Source: Chrysomallon squamiferum (taxonomy: Eukaryota; Animalia; Mollusca). From it: DNA of 64,000 nt. Shown here piece after piece: positions 42,301-54,625 of the stretch. Location: positions 32,612,001 through 32,676,000 of the forward strand of contig CM022670.1 in the NCBI GenBank assembly GCA_012295275.1, in the 5' to 3' direction. Position 1 is the first letter of the stretch. Every line of letters starts with the position of its first letter. The notes under the pieces are model-generated. The model saw only the letters and a program-made list of their open reading frames with translations. It did no database searches and was not told the origin of the DNA. Both the position numbers and the translations under genes were made by a program.

Positions 42301-42474
42301 CATAGGAATTTATTTAGAAAATTAGAATTTTACAAGACAAATGACATACATTTTTTTTTTTTAAATTGAATTAAAATTCAGCATCTAAAACAAAACATAA
42401 TGATAAAAAAATAGAAAATAAAAAGTATAACTATGATTTGGAGCAGTATGTATGTTTTTTTTTAGACCTAATAG

Positions 42475-42770
42475 ATGAATGAATAAAATTTGTTTAATTT
42501 CATTTCATTGCATTTATTACTAGCATTTATTAGGTGCCTAAAATACAGCTTTTGTATATAATAATAATAATAATAATTTTAATAGTGATAATAATAACAG
42601 TAATAATAATATAGAGATAACTCAATGATTTCTGACTAGCAGCAACAGTTATATTATGTTTACCTTCCCACTGACAAGAAAACATGTATCATTGCATCAT
42701 ACAATCTGACTTTAATATACTTGGTGGAATGTGAAAAAGTCAGATGGATGACCTATCACGCCTCTGGTTG
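42475..42770 (-). mobile_element. Decayed SINE, same family, reverse orientation
   Basis: CTAGCAGCAA...TTATGTTTACCTTCCCACTGACAAG...TTGGTGGAATGTGAAAA reverse core. Confidence 0.5.
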
Positions 42771-42955
42771 AATTCAAAGCATTTAATTGGAATTGGATCC
42801 CTTTTGGAACAAAGTGTACAATATCATTTTGAGATAACAGTGAAATTGCATCATTGTGAAAATATTAGTGCAATAACTAGAACAGAACTGTTTGGATATA
42901 ACAGGAAATTAAAATAGTATTGTTGTTTATGACTGCTACATGATGCTCAGTAAGG

Positions 42956-42986
<31 letters not shown>

Positions 42987-43301
42987 TATTATGGTTATTG
43001 TTACTATTATTATCATTTATATTATTGTTGTGATTATAATTTTTATTATTATTTTATTCTTATTATCATATTTATTTTTATAATCATTATTGTCATTATT
43101 ATTATTGTTGTTGTTGATACTTTTATTAGTGAAGTCATTATCATTTCCTTATTACTGTCACCTTTTTTGTCAGCATTTTATTAATATTGAATTAGAATAA
43201 AATTTGTTAAAAAAAATCTAAAATATTATATATTCCATTTATAGACGAATCAGATTTCAAAATGGCTAAAATATCTTACTATTTTTATCTTGGTTCTGCA
43301 G

Positions 43302-43414
43302 ATGAATCCTACATGAAGCTGGCTAAGGAGACCCTGGATGAACTAGACTGGTGTCTTGATCAGCTGGAGACCATTCAGACTCACAAGTCTGTCAGTGACA
43401 TGGCATCCATCAAG
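43302..43414 (+). CDS. PDE4: PDE4 UCR2 N-half exon ([38 protein letters not shown])
   Basis: Conserved [15 protein letters not shown] motif; ttctgcag| acceptor and AAG|gtgaga donor; phase 1 to 0. Confidence 0.97.
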
Positions 43415-43569
43415 GTGAGATAATTTAGCAGTGTTAAACAAGCCCTGGGATGTGGCTAAACATTTTGACATAAGAGAACTGTTTGAGTGCACCTGTTATG
43501 GGTAGAAATAAATAAAAGTATGAATGGACTTCATTTGTAATAATGTATATTTACCAGCATTGTACAATA

Positions 43570-43690
43570 TTTGATACAAGACAGTGGATGTTTACAAACA
43601 TTGTCTGTGCAGAATTTGATATTAAACAGTTGATGTTTACAAGCATTATTTGTGAAATAGTTTGATGCAAAACAATGGATGTTTACATGT
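43570..43690. repeat. Decayed 45-46-bp repeat, three copies
   Basis: GATGTTTACA at 43587, 43632 and 43678 with similar flanks. Confidence 0.7.
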
Positions 43691-44158
43691 GTTGTTCTTA
43701 ACCAGGAAATAAACCAAAAAAAAGTCTTATGGTATTATAGGTTTGTTTGTTATTTCGTATGCCAATTGTTATCTGAATGAATTGGGTGGCAACTGCTGTA
43801 CATTTCTTTAGAATAAGTCATTTTGTTTTTCTGTTCTTTCTTTCCTTGTTTATTTGTTGTTTGTTTTTTCCCTCTTTTATGAGTTTTAGCCACAGTTACT
43901 TTGAGACTAATGTATTCTGTGATTGAACAAATTAATTAAGATTAAATTAATATACTTAGACAAAGTTATATACTTTTATATTTTTTTTATTTTATTATTT
44001 TGCTTATATATTTATTTTGCTTATTTATTTATTTTGTCCTAACAAAATATTTTATTTTAATTCTGTTTAAATTATTTTTCCAATAATTTGTACACATTAA
44101 TAACAGCACACCATTTTCAGATTTCATGTTGACACTGTACATTTTTTATTCTTTTCAG

Positions 44159-44252
44159 TTTAAACGAATGCTGAACAGGGAGCTAAGCCACTTTGCTGAG
44201 TCAAGTAAATCAGGAAATCAAATTGCTGAATATATCTGTAGTACCTATTTAG
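44159..44252 (+). CDS. PDE4: PDE4 UCR2 C-half exon ([31 protein letters not shown])
   Basis: [10 protein letters not shown] hallmark; cttttcag| acceptor and G|gtaagc donor; 94 nt, phase 0 to 1. Confidence 0.97.
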
Positions 44253-44625
44253 GTAAGCTTTTATTTTGTTTTAAACAAACAGCTGATTAATCACAGTACA
44301 ACAAATTGTTGTTTGTAAAAATCAAATCAAATTGCTGAATAAGTCTGCAGCACCTATTTAGGTTAGTTTATATATATTTTTAAAACGACTGAATAACCAG
44401 AGTGTAACAAACTGTGATTTGTAAAATTCACAATTTGAGATTTACAAAGTTTAATACCTTGTTTAAATCAAGTGCCTCCAAAATGTTTATTATTTAAACA
44501 CAATTCAGAGATTAAGATTTGTAAAATTTAAATTTTTAGTGTTATAAATATCTTATCATTATGTAAAATGTTTGAATCTGGTGTTTCCAAAATGTTTAAT
44601 ATTTAAACATAATTTAGTGAATTAA
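44215..44625. repeat. Decayed tandem repeat (period about 100-109 bp) starting inside the UCR2 exon
   Basis: AAATCAAATTGCTGAAT at 44215 and 44324; TTTGTAAAA at 44312, 44418 and 44518; GTGyyTCCAAAATGTTT at 44472 and 44581. Confidence 0.8.
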
Positions 44626-44724
44626 AATAATAATGATAACAAAACAAACAACAACCACCACCCAATATACTAATGTTGTTGATTAGCAGTAATATATGTT
44701 TTGTTTCTTGCCATAAACAGGAAA

Positions 44725-44800
44725 TTACATATTATGACCTTTGATAAGCCAGTTGTGAGGTACTGGCTATAATGTTGAATATCCCAGTGAATTCTCTGGC
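44725..44800 (-). mobile_element. Short SINE fragment, reverse orientation
   Basis: CCTTTGATAAGCCAGTT is shared with the copy near 1846-1862. Confidence 0.4.
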
Positions 44801-46084
44801 AAGGACTCATCATGTGACCTGTTGTGTCTTTAGTTAGAGTTCTAACTGCAGCCACCTCTGTGTATAATTATATAATTATATCAGATGTCTCTGAATTTTA
44901 AGACCCAGTGACTGCTTTAAATAATCTTATGATTTGTTAAGTAAAAAGGTGCATTAACAATGCAAATAATGTTACTGGTCTTTTAATTTTAAGAACAATA
45001 TTCAGAATTTTCCAGAATATTATGCAAATTATATAACAAATGAAATAATATTTCTGAATTTTGGGATCCACTATTAGGAAGTGACTTATTCATAATGTTA
45101 TGATTTGTTATTGAAGAAAATTGTATTACTGTATTAGTAATAAGAATAATTGGTAGCTGCATTAAGAATCTTAAAGAACACATTTTATCATTATGTAAAA
45201 TATTTACAAAATATATATGACAGGAACTAACATTTAGAGAACTCTTAATTTTTGTAATCACTGAAGAAGAATTGCTTGTTCCTAGATATTACTTACTTGA
45301 GGTAAACGTCACTGCTTCACTGCACTGATGGGGTGACTTCAGTTCAAACTTCTAATTTTAAATTAAACATCCCCAACTGTTCAAATTAAAGGTTCTGCTA
45401 GCACATTCAATTAATTCAAACACTGCATGAACTTCAGGGTGATCAGACTTTAAATGCAATTCTAAAAATTCAAAGTAATCTTCTTTCAGTTAGAATCTTT
45501 GTAAATGCAATAGAAGAGTTTATTTTTGAAATGGCCTTCAAGTAATAGAATTATTACTCTGTATTTGTTGATGATCTGTGAACATTCCACTGTCATCTGC
45601 TGTTAGTGCTGATCACAATTCATCAGATTAGTAATGTTGAAAGCCTGCCAGGAGGTATGATGGGAGTCAATGAGTCTTTTGGCAACAAGTCTAATCCATA
45701 TAGTAACTATATTTGTGTACAGAGGCTTGTGAAATCAAGGTGTGTTCATCGTTCATTGAGTATTTTGTATCAGTTTCTTTACTTCTTCTGATCAGATCTT
45801 GTTCTTCTTCTGTTTATTCTTTATCTTCTTTTTTTTTTTCTTTCTTGGAATAAATAGATCAGTGAATGGAAGGTTTAGTTTTCTTGTAACAACTGTGACT
45901 CAAGCTGGGTAAAGGGTTATTTAGTAATTGAGAAAATTGCACACATGAAAGAGAAGCACTAATTAATAAAATTAAGGTGAAACCACAGTTCATTCAGCTT
46001 TCTTCTGATAAATGATGTTGTTTTCTTGTCTGGCAGAGTGAATTTATCTTTAGAATCATTGACGTAATAAAGAAGTAAAAAAAT

Positions 46085-46280
46085 CAATGTTTTATATAAC
46101 ACCATATTTTTAATCTTTGGTTATATGATGTCATATATTATGTTAAAGACCAGAGAAGTATTTAGAGAAGAAACCCACTGACTGTATTTTATAATTTACT
46201 GTTTTTCAATTAGCAACAATAGATGTTTTATATATGTACCTTCCCACTAGTAGGAAAGTACATATTATGGCTTTTGATGA
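46085..46280 (-). mobile_element. Decayed SINE, same family, reverse orientation
   Basis: AGAGAAGAAACCCACTG...ATTAGCAACAA..ATGTTTTATATATGTACCTTCCCAC..TAGGAAAGTACATATTATGGCTTTTGAT reverse core. Confidence 0.6.
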
Positions 46281-46303
46281 ACAAAAATATAATAACAAAA
46301 AAA

Positions 46304-46337
<34 letters not shown>

Positions 46338-48690
46338 TAAAGAAAAAATAACAAGAAATTTCAATGAATATTTAATAGACTTTTGTTTTCAATAGTGGGT
46401 TTTAATTAAAATGCAAATGAAAGAGGTATTTATTTCAAAATAAATAAAATTTGAAAATACTGATTTAATAATCATAAGAAATATTAACCCATGCTGCTAA
46501 AAAAAAAAATGACCATACTAAAGAATAATACAGAATTTAAAGATAGTGCCCACTGTAATTTTAACAGGAACATATCATGGCATTCCAGTTTGATTTGTAA
46601 AATTTTGTTTTTAAATTAACAAATTAAAAAACAACAATCAGTTCCAGGATTGTGCATAAAAAATAGCCTTTGTCCTGAAAATAATATAAAATGACAAACT
46701 CTTTTGTGTCATAGCTATAATTAAGCTTTTTTTTACTGATTAACCTTTTTTTTCACCTGTTGTGGTTGACAGTGAATATTTTAACATCTATGTAATCATA
46801 CAGAAATATGTTTATAAACAGTTTAATAAATGTCCTTCCATCATATCAGAAGACTAAATCAGCATTTCCATACTTCGTAACCCTAGATAAGGAAATTTTA
46901 ATTAAAAAAAGGGCAATCCCCAAATTAACAAAGAATCTTTTCAGCTTCAGTCAACTTGTAAACATGCAGCTATACACAGATCATTATGGACAGAACAATT
47001 TTAGCATTCAATTTTAATTTATAGCAACAAGAACTCTTCAAAAGAAAAGGTTTGTCCTGACTGTGTCTGACAATGGCAGTTGTTGATGGAGGGAAATAAT
47101 GAAACATCCAGGTATAGGTTCAATGAGTTCTTTAGTCAATAAGGTAAAAAAAAAAGTCGAGAATGTTCTAAATAACCTTGTTTGACATCATCTTGGTTGT
47201 ACTGGTTATGATCCTAGCTAAGAGGGTGCGTTACTGGGACTTATGAACTGAGGTTGATGGTAAAAACCACCAACAGGTGTGCCACTTATAAAACAACATC
47301 ATCTCCTCTTGTTCATTTTGTTCCTATGTACACTCGAATATCTTCTGTACATGCAGATTTGTTAATGTCTTTTGCTTTCAGTACTTAAAGTTTTACTTTC
47401 TTTTTAATTTAAAAATGCGAAGTTGTGAGTGCAAAACAGTAGTTTTCTTAACATGCAGTTTCTTACTAAGTGGGTGTTTATGGCTATAACAGATGTAATT
47501 ATAGTGTGGGTAGAACTAGGCTTGTTAACTGCTCTATTAGTAAATTAATAGCTTTCATTTCCTACAGAGAATTACTGTGCAAAAAGTTGGTGTTGTCAAT
47601 CTCTCACTGCAAAAACACTGCCAGATAGCTTAAGCATGTAGGAATATGCACTTGGAGTCTGTTCTATATTTAAAAAAAGGTGAAAGAAATATGAAGAGAA
47701 AACTGACTGCAAACTGAAGACATTTATTATATGATAGATTGTTACACATTTCTGCAATTTTTTTTTAATTATTTGTGTTGCAGTAGCAATAACATAGAAA
47801 CTTACAGCACTTTAAAAATTAATTACTCTATTGTAAAAGGCCCAGTGCAAGAATATATTTAGCTTCTGTAGATTCCTTTGCAACTGTTAGAGACTGTCAC
47901 AGATTTTTAATCCTATATGACAATTCTTTGCCTTGAATTTCTTTTTACAATTTGCAGTTGCAGACACGCTATGTGGTAAAGGTGTCATAGGAATAAATCC
48001 AAAGAGTTCTCCATGCAGTTTTTTGTCACAGGTGTAGTTTTAGTTTCAGGGAGTTCAGGGATGAATTTTGTAGATTTTGATAAGCTAACAAATTCTATGT
48101 TGAGCTTTTTTTCTTTCTTTCATATCTTCATCAATGAGAATATCCTATTTATTTTTTTAATTTTCAAAGAACATTTTGATATTGTAGAACACTTATCTGA
48201 TTTATTTAATGAGTAGAACCAACTGGTTATTGTAATTTGTATGTTTTTTGTGATGTTTTTTTTTAAAAGCGTTGCTAGAAATGAAGCAGTCAAATATACA
48301 AGACCTCATTTTTAGGTGTGCCTAAAAATCAAAGCTAATTTTATATTTTGCACTTTTAATCAAGAAAGAATTTAATCAGTTCTATCATAATGTTTAGCTA
48401 AGATTTAATTTTAAAATCACAAAGATAACTAATAATTTGAAGTTAAAAGGAAGAAGATACTAAATGATATTTAATCTGATTACACTACAGAAAATTTCAT
48501 CCTAAAAATATGTGGGAAAAATAAGATTTACCTGTTCACATCGTTTGAAAAACACAAGACTGGAAATTAACTTAAAAATGATGGTTCCAAAAATATTGAA
48601 AAGAAGCTAAATTCATGTAGTGTGCAGATTACAAGAACTGAAGACTGTCGCAGTGGTGCATGAAGCTGTATAATTGATACAGCAGAGTTA

Positions 48691-48698
48691 TGACGTCA
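48691..48698. promoter_or_regulatory. Full CRE palindrome TGACGTCA
   Basis: Exact consensus match; function not demonstrated. Confidence 0.5.
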
Positions 48699-48944
48699 GA
48701 CACATCTCAGCTGATGTAAAATAAACTTGCACCTTCACTAGAGTAACTGTAGGGTTTGGTATTACAACACATTACACAAAACAATAACAAACAAATAAAA
48801 CTGAACTGAGATTAAAGTGGGATCATGTAGACATCTTTGTGTGTGTAGTTATTGCATAAGGCTGGGAGTTAATAGTTTGAAAGGATAGTCCATATACAAG
48901 TCATTTTTAATAAAATGTAAATGGCTACACATGTTCTCACACAT

Positions 48945-48979
<35 letters not shown>

Positions 48980-50498
48980 CTCACACACACACAGACACAA
49001 ACTTAGCCATACTAACACACAGATATACACACACATACATATGCCACATGCCATACATACAACATATACTTGCATACATACATACATACATACATTTAAA
49101 TACATACACATTCACAAACATACACTCATTTACATACTTTCATATCCACACCTACAGTTACCTACCCCAAAAACAATTGCACCCATACACCTACACACTG
49201 CACCAAGCGTGCATAAAGTTGACTAATAATGTTTACCTATGGGAGTTTCGTTGGATAGAATATCTTGATGACAGAAAAGCAAAACAAAAATACTTTTATA
49301 TTAATCACATGATCTTTCTTTATGTATAGTGGTGAAAAGTTGCATTTAGTAGTTTATTATTGTTAATTTTTTAATGTGTTGAAGGGCTAATAGATTTTGG
49401 TAAGTTAATTGTGGAGAAGTGAAATGATATAACCCTAGAGGCTATGTAAAATGGATAGTAATGAAACCCATTTTGGTGAGCTGTATTTGTGTTTATTGTA
49501 ATTGTTGTGTGTTCATTGTTTAATTTCTCAAGCCATAAACCTTTGATCTGATTTTTTTTTTTTTTTTGCAATAAAATTCAGTTCAATCTTTTAAAAGTAA
49601 ATTATCATTAAATTTTTAAATTAATATAAATTATTATTAAAAAAAACATTTTATTTATGTTTAAACTTTTTCAACTCTTAGATCAAGTTTGAACATAAAT
49701 GGTTCTATAACGTTATTAAATAAATATATAATGATACTTCTTAAAATGTTAATACATGCTTAAATAATTTAAAAATATTCTTTATTTATTTTTGAACTTT
49801 TGTATGTTTTGATCAAATAATTAGTTATGCTGACATTTAAAAAAAAAAATTAATTATATTTATGAACTTTTTCACACTGAAATAATTTATATAAACAATT
49901 TTTTTTCAACTTCAGAACTTTATCTCAGAGAATCAAAAGTGAATATAAGCAATTATTATTTATTTCAGAAATTTTATTCAAGATATAATATAATCATGTT
50001 TAAATGTTATTAAATTAAGCATTTCATAAAATTTTAAATTGTTTGAAAAACAATCAAAAAAAAGAAAGGTTCTGAAATTTTTTCACAATGCAAATATAAA
50101 TCATTTTAAAAGTGTGTTCATTAAAATTCTACAAAAAATTGTAAATATAAATTATTTTTAACTCCAAAACTTTCTTCACACCAAAATGATGGAGAATAAA
50201 TTTATAAACAGTGTTAAAAAGAAAGAAAAAAAAAAACAGTCTTAATTTAAACAATTTTAAAAGTTAATTACTTGTATTTTTTTGTTGTTCTTCTTTTTTT
50301 TTCACACCAGAATTGTTGTAAATTTAAACAATTTTATAACCATATCATTTTATTTTTGAACTTTTTGCACTCAAACAAAAAAAAAAAAAAAATAATAATA
50401 ATAATAAAAATACTTTGATGTATTGTTTGTTTATCTCATAGTTTCATTATACTCAGGTCATATTTGTCTCAATCTTGTTTCTAGAGCACACCCATTTA

Positions 50499-50657
50499 GT
50501 CACATGATCGTCTGTTATCAATTAACATTACAAACATGTAGTAACAAAGAGGGAGGAGCTATCCATTGATAGCTAACAAAGTTATCTCACAGAGCTAGTA
50601 GTTTCTATCACTGTTTTGCACTCATGCTGCTTATTGACATTATGCTTAAGCCAATCA
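50499..50657 (+). promoter_or_regulatory. Candidate intronic promoter (E-box plus CCAAT box)
   Basis: GTCACATGAT at 50499-50508 and AGCCAATCA at 50649-50657, upstream of the candidate Cys-rich exon. Confidence 0.4.
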
Positions 50658-50874
50658 AAACACAGAAGTGTTAGGAGAGCAGGAAATAAAACCATGGCAG
50701 GCAAACTCTTCTGTTCAAAACAATTTTAAACTTTTGTTGGTGATAATAACTTAAGTTGAGGGAAAGTTTGTTGTTAAAAGTTTGTAATATTCGACTAAAA
50801 GTTTATAATATTTGACAAAAAAGTTTTGATTTAATCTCTGGCTGGGTGAAGAAATCTGTGCAGCTTTTTTCTTC

Positions 50875-51025
50875 ATGCATAGCTTCTGTCCACACTTAGA
50901 CATGCCAGCTGTGTGTTCTATGGTGACTATTTTGGACACTTCTTGTACATGTGGGGACTGTCTTGACAATGTCTCCATTTGTACAGCTTTCACCTGTTCT
51001 GTCTGTTCTACCTCACATTTTAAAT
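50875..51025 (+). CDS. Candidate Cys-rich alternative first coding exon of PDE4
   Basis: 50 open codons then T|gtaagt (phase 1, in frame with 55638); GC content drops after the donor; promoter-like motifs upstream. Confidence 0.5.
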
Positions 51026-51579
51026 GTAAGTTTAACATTGTTTTCTTTTTACTTATGTCAAATACACCTTGCTTTTTACATATTAGTTTTATGTTTTATG
51101 TCATATATACCTTGCTTTTTAAATGTAAATTTTACATTATTATTTTTTATTATGTAAGTTTTATTTTATTTACCTTAAACATATATCAGATAATTATATC
51201 TTGCATTTTAAACATAGGTTGTTGTTGTTTTTGTTAGTTTTTTGTTACTTTCTTTAATCTTCAACCTTGAATTTTAAATACATTTCACTTTTGTGTAAAT
51301 TTTTAATATAATTTACTGTTTTTTCTAAAGTTTTACTTTCATTTTATTTTAACTTTCAACTAGTTTTTTTTTTAATTTTTTTTTTTTTTTTTTACTGATT
51401 GTGAGATTTTCTGTTTAATAATTGGAAAGGCTGTTTTAACAGATTTTGTGAATCAATGTATTCACTCTCTTGTAAATCATTATTACATTAAGTATCTAAA
51501 CATTGTAAAAATAATATAAAACAAGAAACCAGAATAATTATATCAGTGTTAACTATGCAACAGACTTAACCAGACTTCC

Positions 51580-51865
51580 ACATTTGGTCATTTTCCATTC
51601 CAATCAGAGCTCAATAACTTATTTATCTAAGGCTATGGTATGTGGTATCTTGTTTCAAGAAATGATGCCTATAAAAATCCTTTGTTATTATTTAAAAAAT
51701 AATAATAAGTAGTAGTTTCTTTTCTTCTGTTTCGATAAAATTAAAATTAATGGGTTTCCTTTGAAGAGTTGTAATTACATTAGAATTACCAAATACTGAC
51801 ATTCAGCAGCTGATGACAGAAAATGAATCAATATGTTTTGTTGGTTTTGTTAAACAACTTTAACA
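51580..51865 (+). mobile_element. Decayed SINE, same family
   Basis: TTTTCCATTCCAATCAG...AAGGCTATGGTATGTGGTATCTTGT...TATAAAAATCCTTTG...GGGTTTCCT shares the core with the 23-kb copies. Confidence 0.7.
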
Positions 51866-52540
51866 TTCTGATTATGTGTGGGTACAGCAGTGAAGCCAGG
51901 GACATAAACTGAATAAAACAGCTTTTAATTTTCATTATCTGTCAGATGATGGTTGAGATTTGATAGCAGTTAATGATACTGTAGATGCAAGTGTGGGTTT
52001 TATGTCTTTGTCCTTACTAACTAAACAGGTCAGCAAAACATAAATCACATGGTTAGGATAGAATAAAAGGATTGAAATTTAGCTGGATATTGGAGTAGAA
52101 TTATGTCACTGTTTTGTCCTTGATGTCCTGTGTAAAAAGCTTTGTAATGCAGTTTAAACATAGGATCACAAAAAAGGTATTTGCTTTTCTGGTAGGTTTC
52201 TTTTTAAAATTTTCTTATTTACTTATTCATTCGTTCATTATTATTATTATTATTGTTGTTGTTGTTGTTGTTGTCATTATCATCATCATCATCATATGTA
52301 ATTTAGTTTAGTGACAGTATTTTATAAACACAACAACCATATCTCAATTTCATCACTGAAATTTGTTTAGTAAAATTCATTGTAAATAAATAAATAAATA
52401 AAAAAGAAAAAATTAAATTATGTAAAACCTGCACATTTAAATTTCTAAACAAAATTTTATCAAAGAGATTTAAAAATTTAAGATCTTATTTTACTGAACT
52501 GAAACGTCCGAATTGTAAAATAAGATTGACATCTCAGTCG

Positions 52541-52552
52541 ATTGACGTCAAT
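52541..52552. promoter_or_regulatory. Full CRE within the 12-bp palindrome ATTGACGTCAAT
   Basis: Exact consensus match inside a local CpG cluster (52505-52600). Confidence 0.55.
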
Positions 52553-52716
52553 TACCATCCCACACCGTATCAAGTTTCCAGTTACTAGTGTACTTCCTCG
52601 AATAATACCACATCTCACAACACTGCTGGCCAGTATTGCACTATACAGTTACAAAACCTGAGTATTTGCTCATTCATTTAAAACCACAGAGTTGTTTTGT
52701 TTTGATCCTGAAGATC

Positions 52717-52726
52717 ATGCCTGTAC
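52717..52726 (+). CDS. Candidate micro first coding exon (MPV-H)
   Basis: atcATG CCT GTA C|gtaagc, phase 1, in frame with 55638; about 170 bp downstream of a perfect CRE. Confidence 0.3.
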
Positions 52727-52809
52727 GTAAGCACCAGACTGGGACATGCAGTTTGACAAGTACTCTGACTTAGTTTTAGAGAAGAAAAACTGATACAGCT
52801 ATTCTTACG

Positions 52810-53100
52810 TTTCACAGTATTTGGTAGATATAGATATTTCTTAAAAAGTAGGGCAGTATGTACCATAGGGTTTAGTGTTACTGAAGGCTGAATAGTTGAA
52901 GAAAACTTATATGGGTGTTCATGTGTTTCACAGCAGTAGGTAGATATAGTCGTTTCTGAAATGCAGGGCAGTGTGTATTATGGGGTTTAGCTGAATAGTG
53001 AAAAAAACTAAAAACAAAAACAAGCAACAAAAACAGATATTGCCATTCTTATGTTAATAGATATAATAATTTCTGAAATGCAAGAGAGTAGGTATCATAT
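52810..53100. repeat. Decayed repeat, period about 116 bp
   Basis: GGTAGATATAG...TTTCT.AAA.G.AGGGCAGT.TGTA...GGGTTTAG twice, plus a partial third copy. Confidence 0.65.
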
Positions 53101-54477
53101 AGTACAGTATTACGGAAATTTATGTTGTCACATGTTTGTGAATTGTTCTTTAGAAAAAGGAAGGCAGCATGAACCATGGATTATTATATTCCTAGAAGAC
53201 TGCAAGTGCATATGGCAATGGACCAGTGTTGTAGTATTTAACAAATGTTTATAGCTGTTACATGGTAAATGTCGGAATATCTTCGCTACAAATCTGTGAA
53301 GAGTTCTTTGGGAAATACAAGACAGTATATACCATGTATTTTGGTATTTGGAAAAATTGAAAACTATGTGGAGCCCATGGCCAAGTATTTTCAAGAGGCT
53401 AGGTTAACAATATGATATAATATCAATTTTATTTACTAATTAATTAAGGAAAGAAATGTTTTGTTTATGGAAACAATGATGTAATACTCTATTTCCATTC
53501 ATTGATAATATTTTCTGTCATTACTATAGGCTAGAATTAGTGAATCATTTTAGATGTAAATAACCTCTGTCTGCCTTCAGTAAGAGCAACCCTTTATGTA
53601 GAAATACATTTTATTTTAATATTATTTGTATCAGGTATGGTTTGTCATCAACAACACCTGAATAGAGAATCAATGCTGAATTTAGTTACAAAATAGTATT
53701 ACTTTCCTTTAATATTTTTATATTACATATAAACTTTAAAACCTGATTAACCTATTTACTAAGTATAAACTGAAAAAAAATATAAAAAATCTGTTTTAAG
53801 TTTGCTAGAAAAAGTCGGTGCCATGATGACACAGTTTTTGTGTTTATGGTTACAGTATGATTAGGCATTTCATTAGCAGCTTACTAAAGCTATAAACAAA
53901 ATTTGCTCAGGTGATTTCATTCATGTGGGGATTCTGTCTTTTCATGACACAAACATGCACTTGTTTCTCTTATTCCAGTGCCAATGCTCTTATTGTAAAG
54001 TTGTTTTCAGACTCACACACACACGTATATATTAATCTGTGAAACCTTTGTACAGCTTTGTTTGTACTTGAAAGGTTACCATTGTGTTTTTGCAAGAAGG
54101 AGAATCTGATATTGGGAGATTTGACGTAAATCCTTGTTTATATTGCAGACTGTTCTCAGTGTACAATAAATATTGTCCAAAATAACTGTCCAATGAATAG
54201 GGATTTATTTATTTTCATTTTGATTTTTTCTTTCTTACTTTTTAAATTTGTTTTATTAGTATAGGAGTGTAAAAGCTCTTTCATAATGTTGGTGCCAAGC
54301 TGAATTTGTTTACAGTAATTAGTGGTACTAACCAGCTGTTTATGTTGTATTTATAGAAATTATATTTGTGGAACATTTCGCATTCAGAAAGGTATGCAGA
54401 CAGAATGATTTTTAAGAATATCTATCAGATAAAAGAAAATGTTTTAATCTATGTGGTTTGTTGTGACCTGATTTATT

Positions 54478-54625
54478 GTATCTTATGGATATCAGTGTGA
54501 TAAACAGAAATCATTTAATATACATGATTTGTTATAATGTGATGTAATGTATCTTATGGATAATTATGTGATAAACAGAAAATGATATAATATAATTGTT
54601 TGTTATGATCTGGTATGTTGTATTT
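54478..54625. repeat. 71-bp tandem duplication
   Basis: GTATCTTATGGATA....TGTGATAAACAGAAA occurs twice. Confidence 0.75.

Noticed and set aside
49600-50380. Decayed GAACTTTTTCACAC-type repeat (similar cases near 18850-19080 and 24540-24760)
   Set aside because: Too degenerate and AT-rich to define a unit or period by eye; needs Tandem Repeats Finder.
50751-51038. Antisense 95-aa ORF
   Set aside because: No recognisable motif; best explained as the shadow of the + strand Cys-rich candidate exon.
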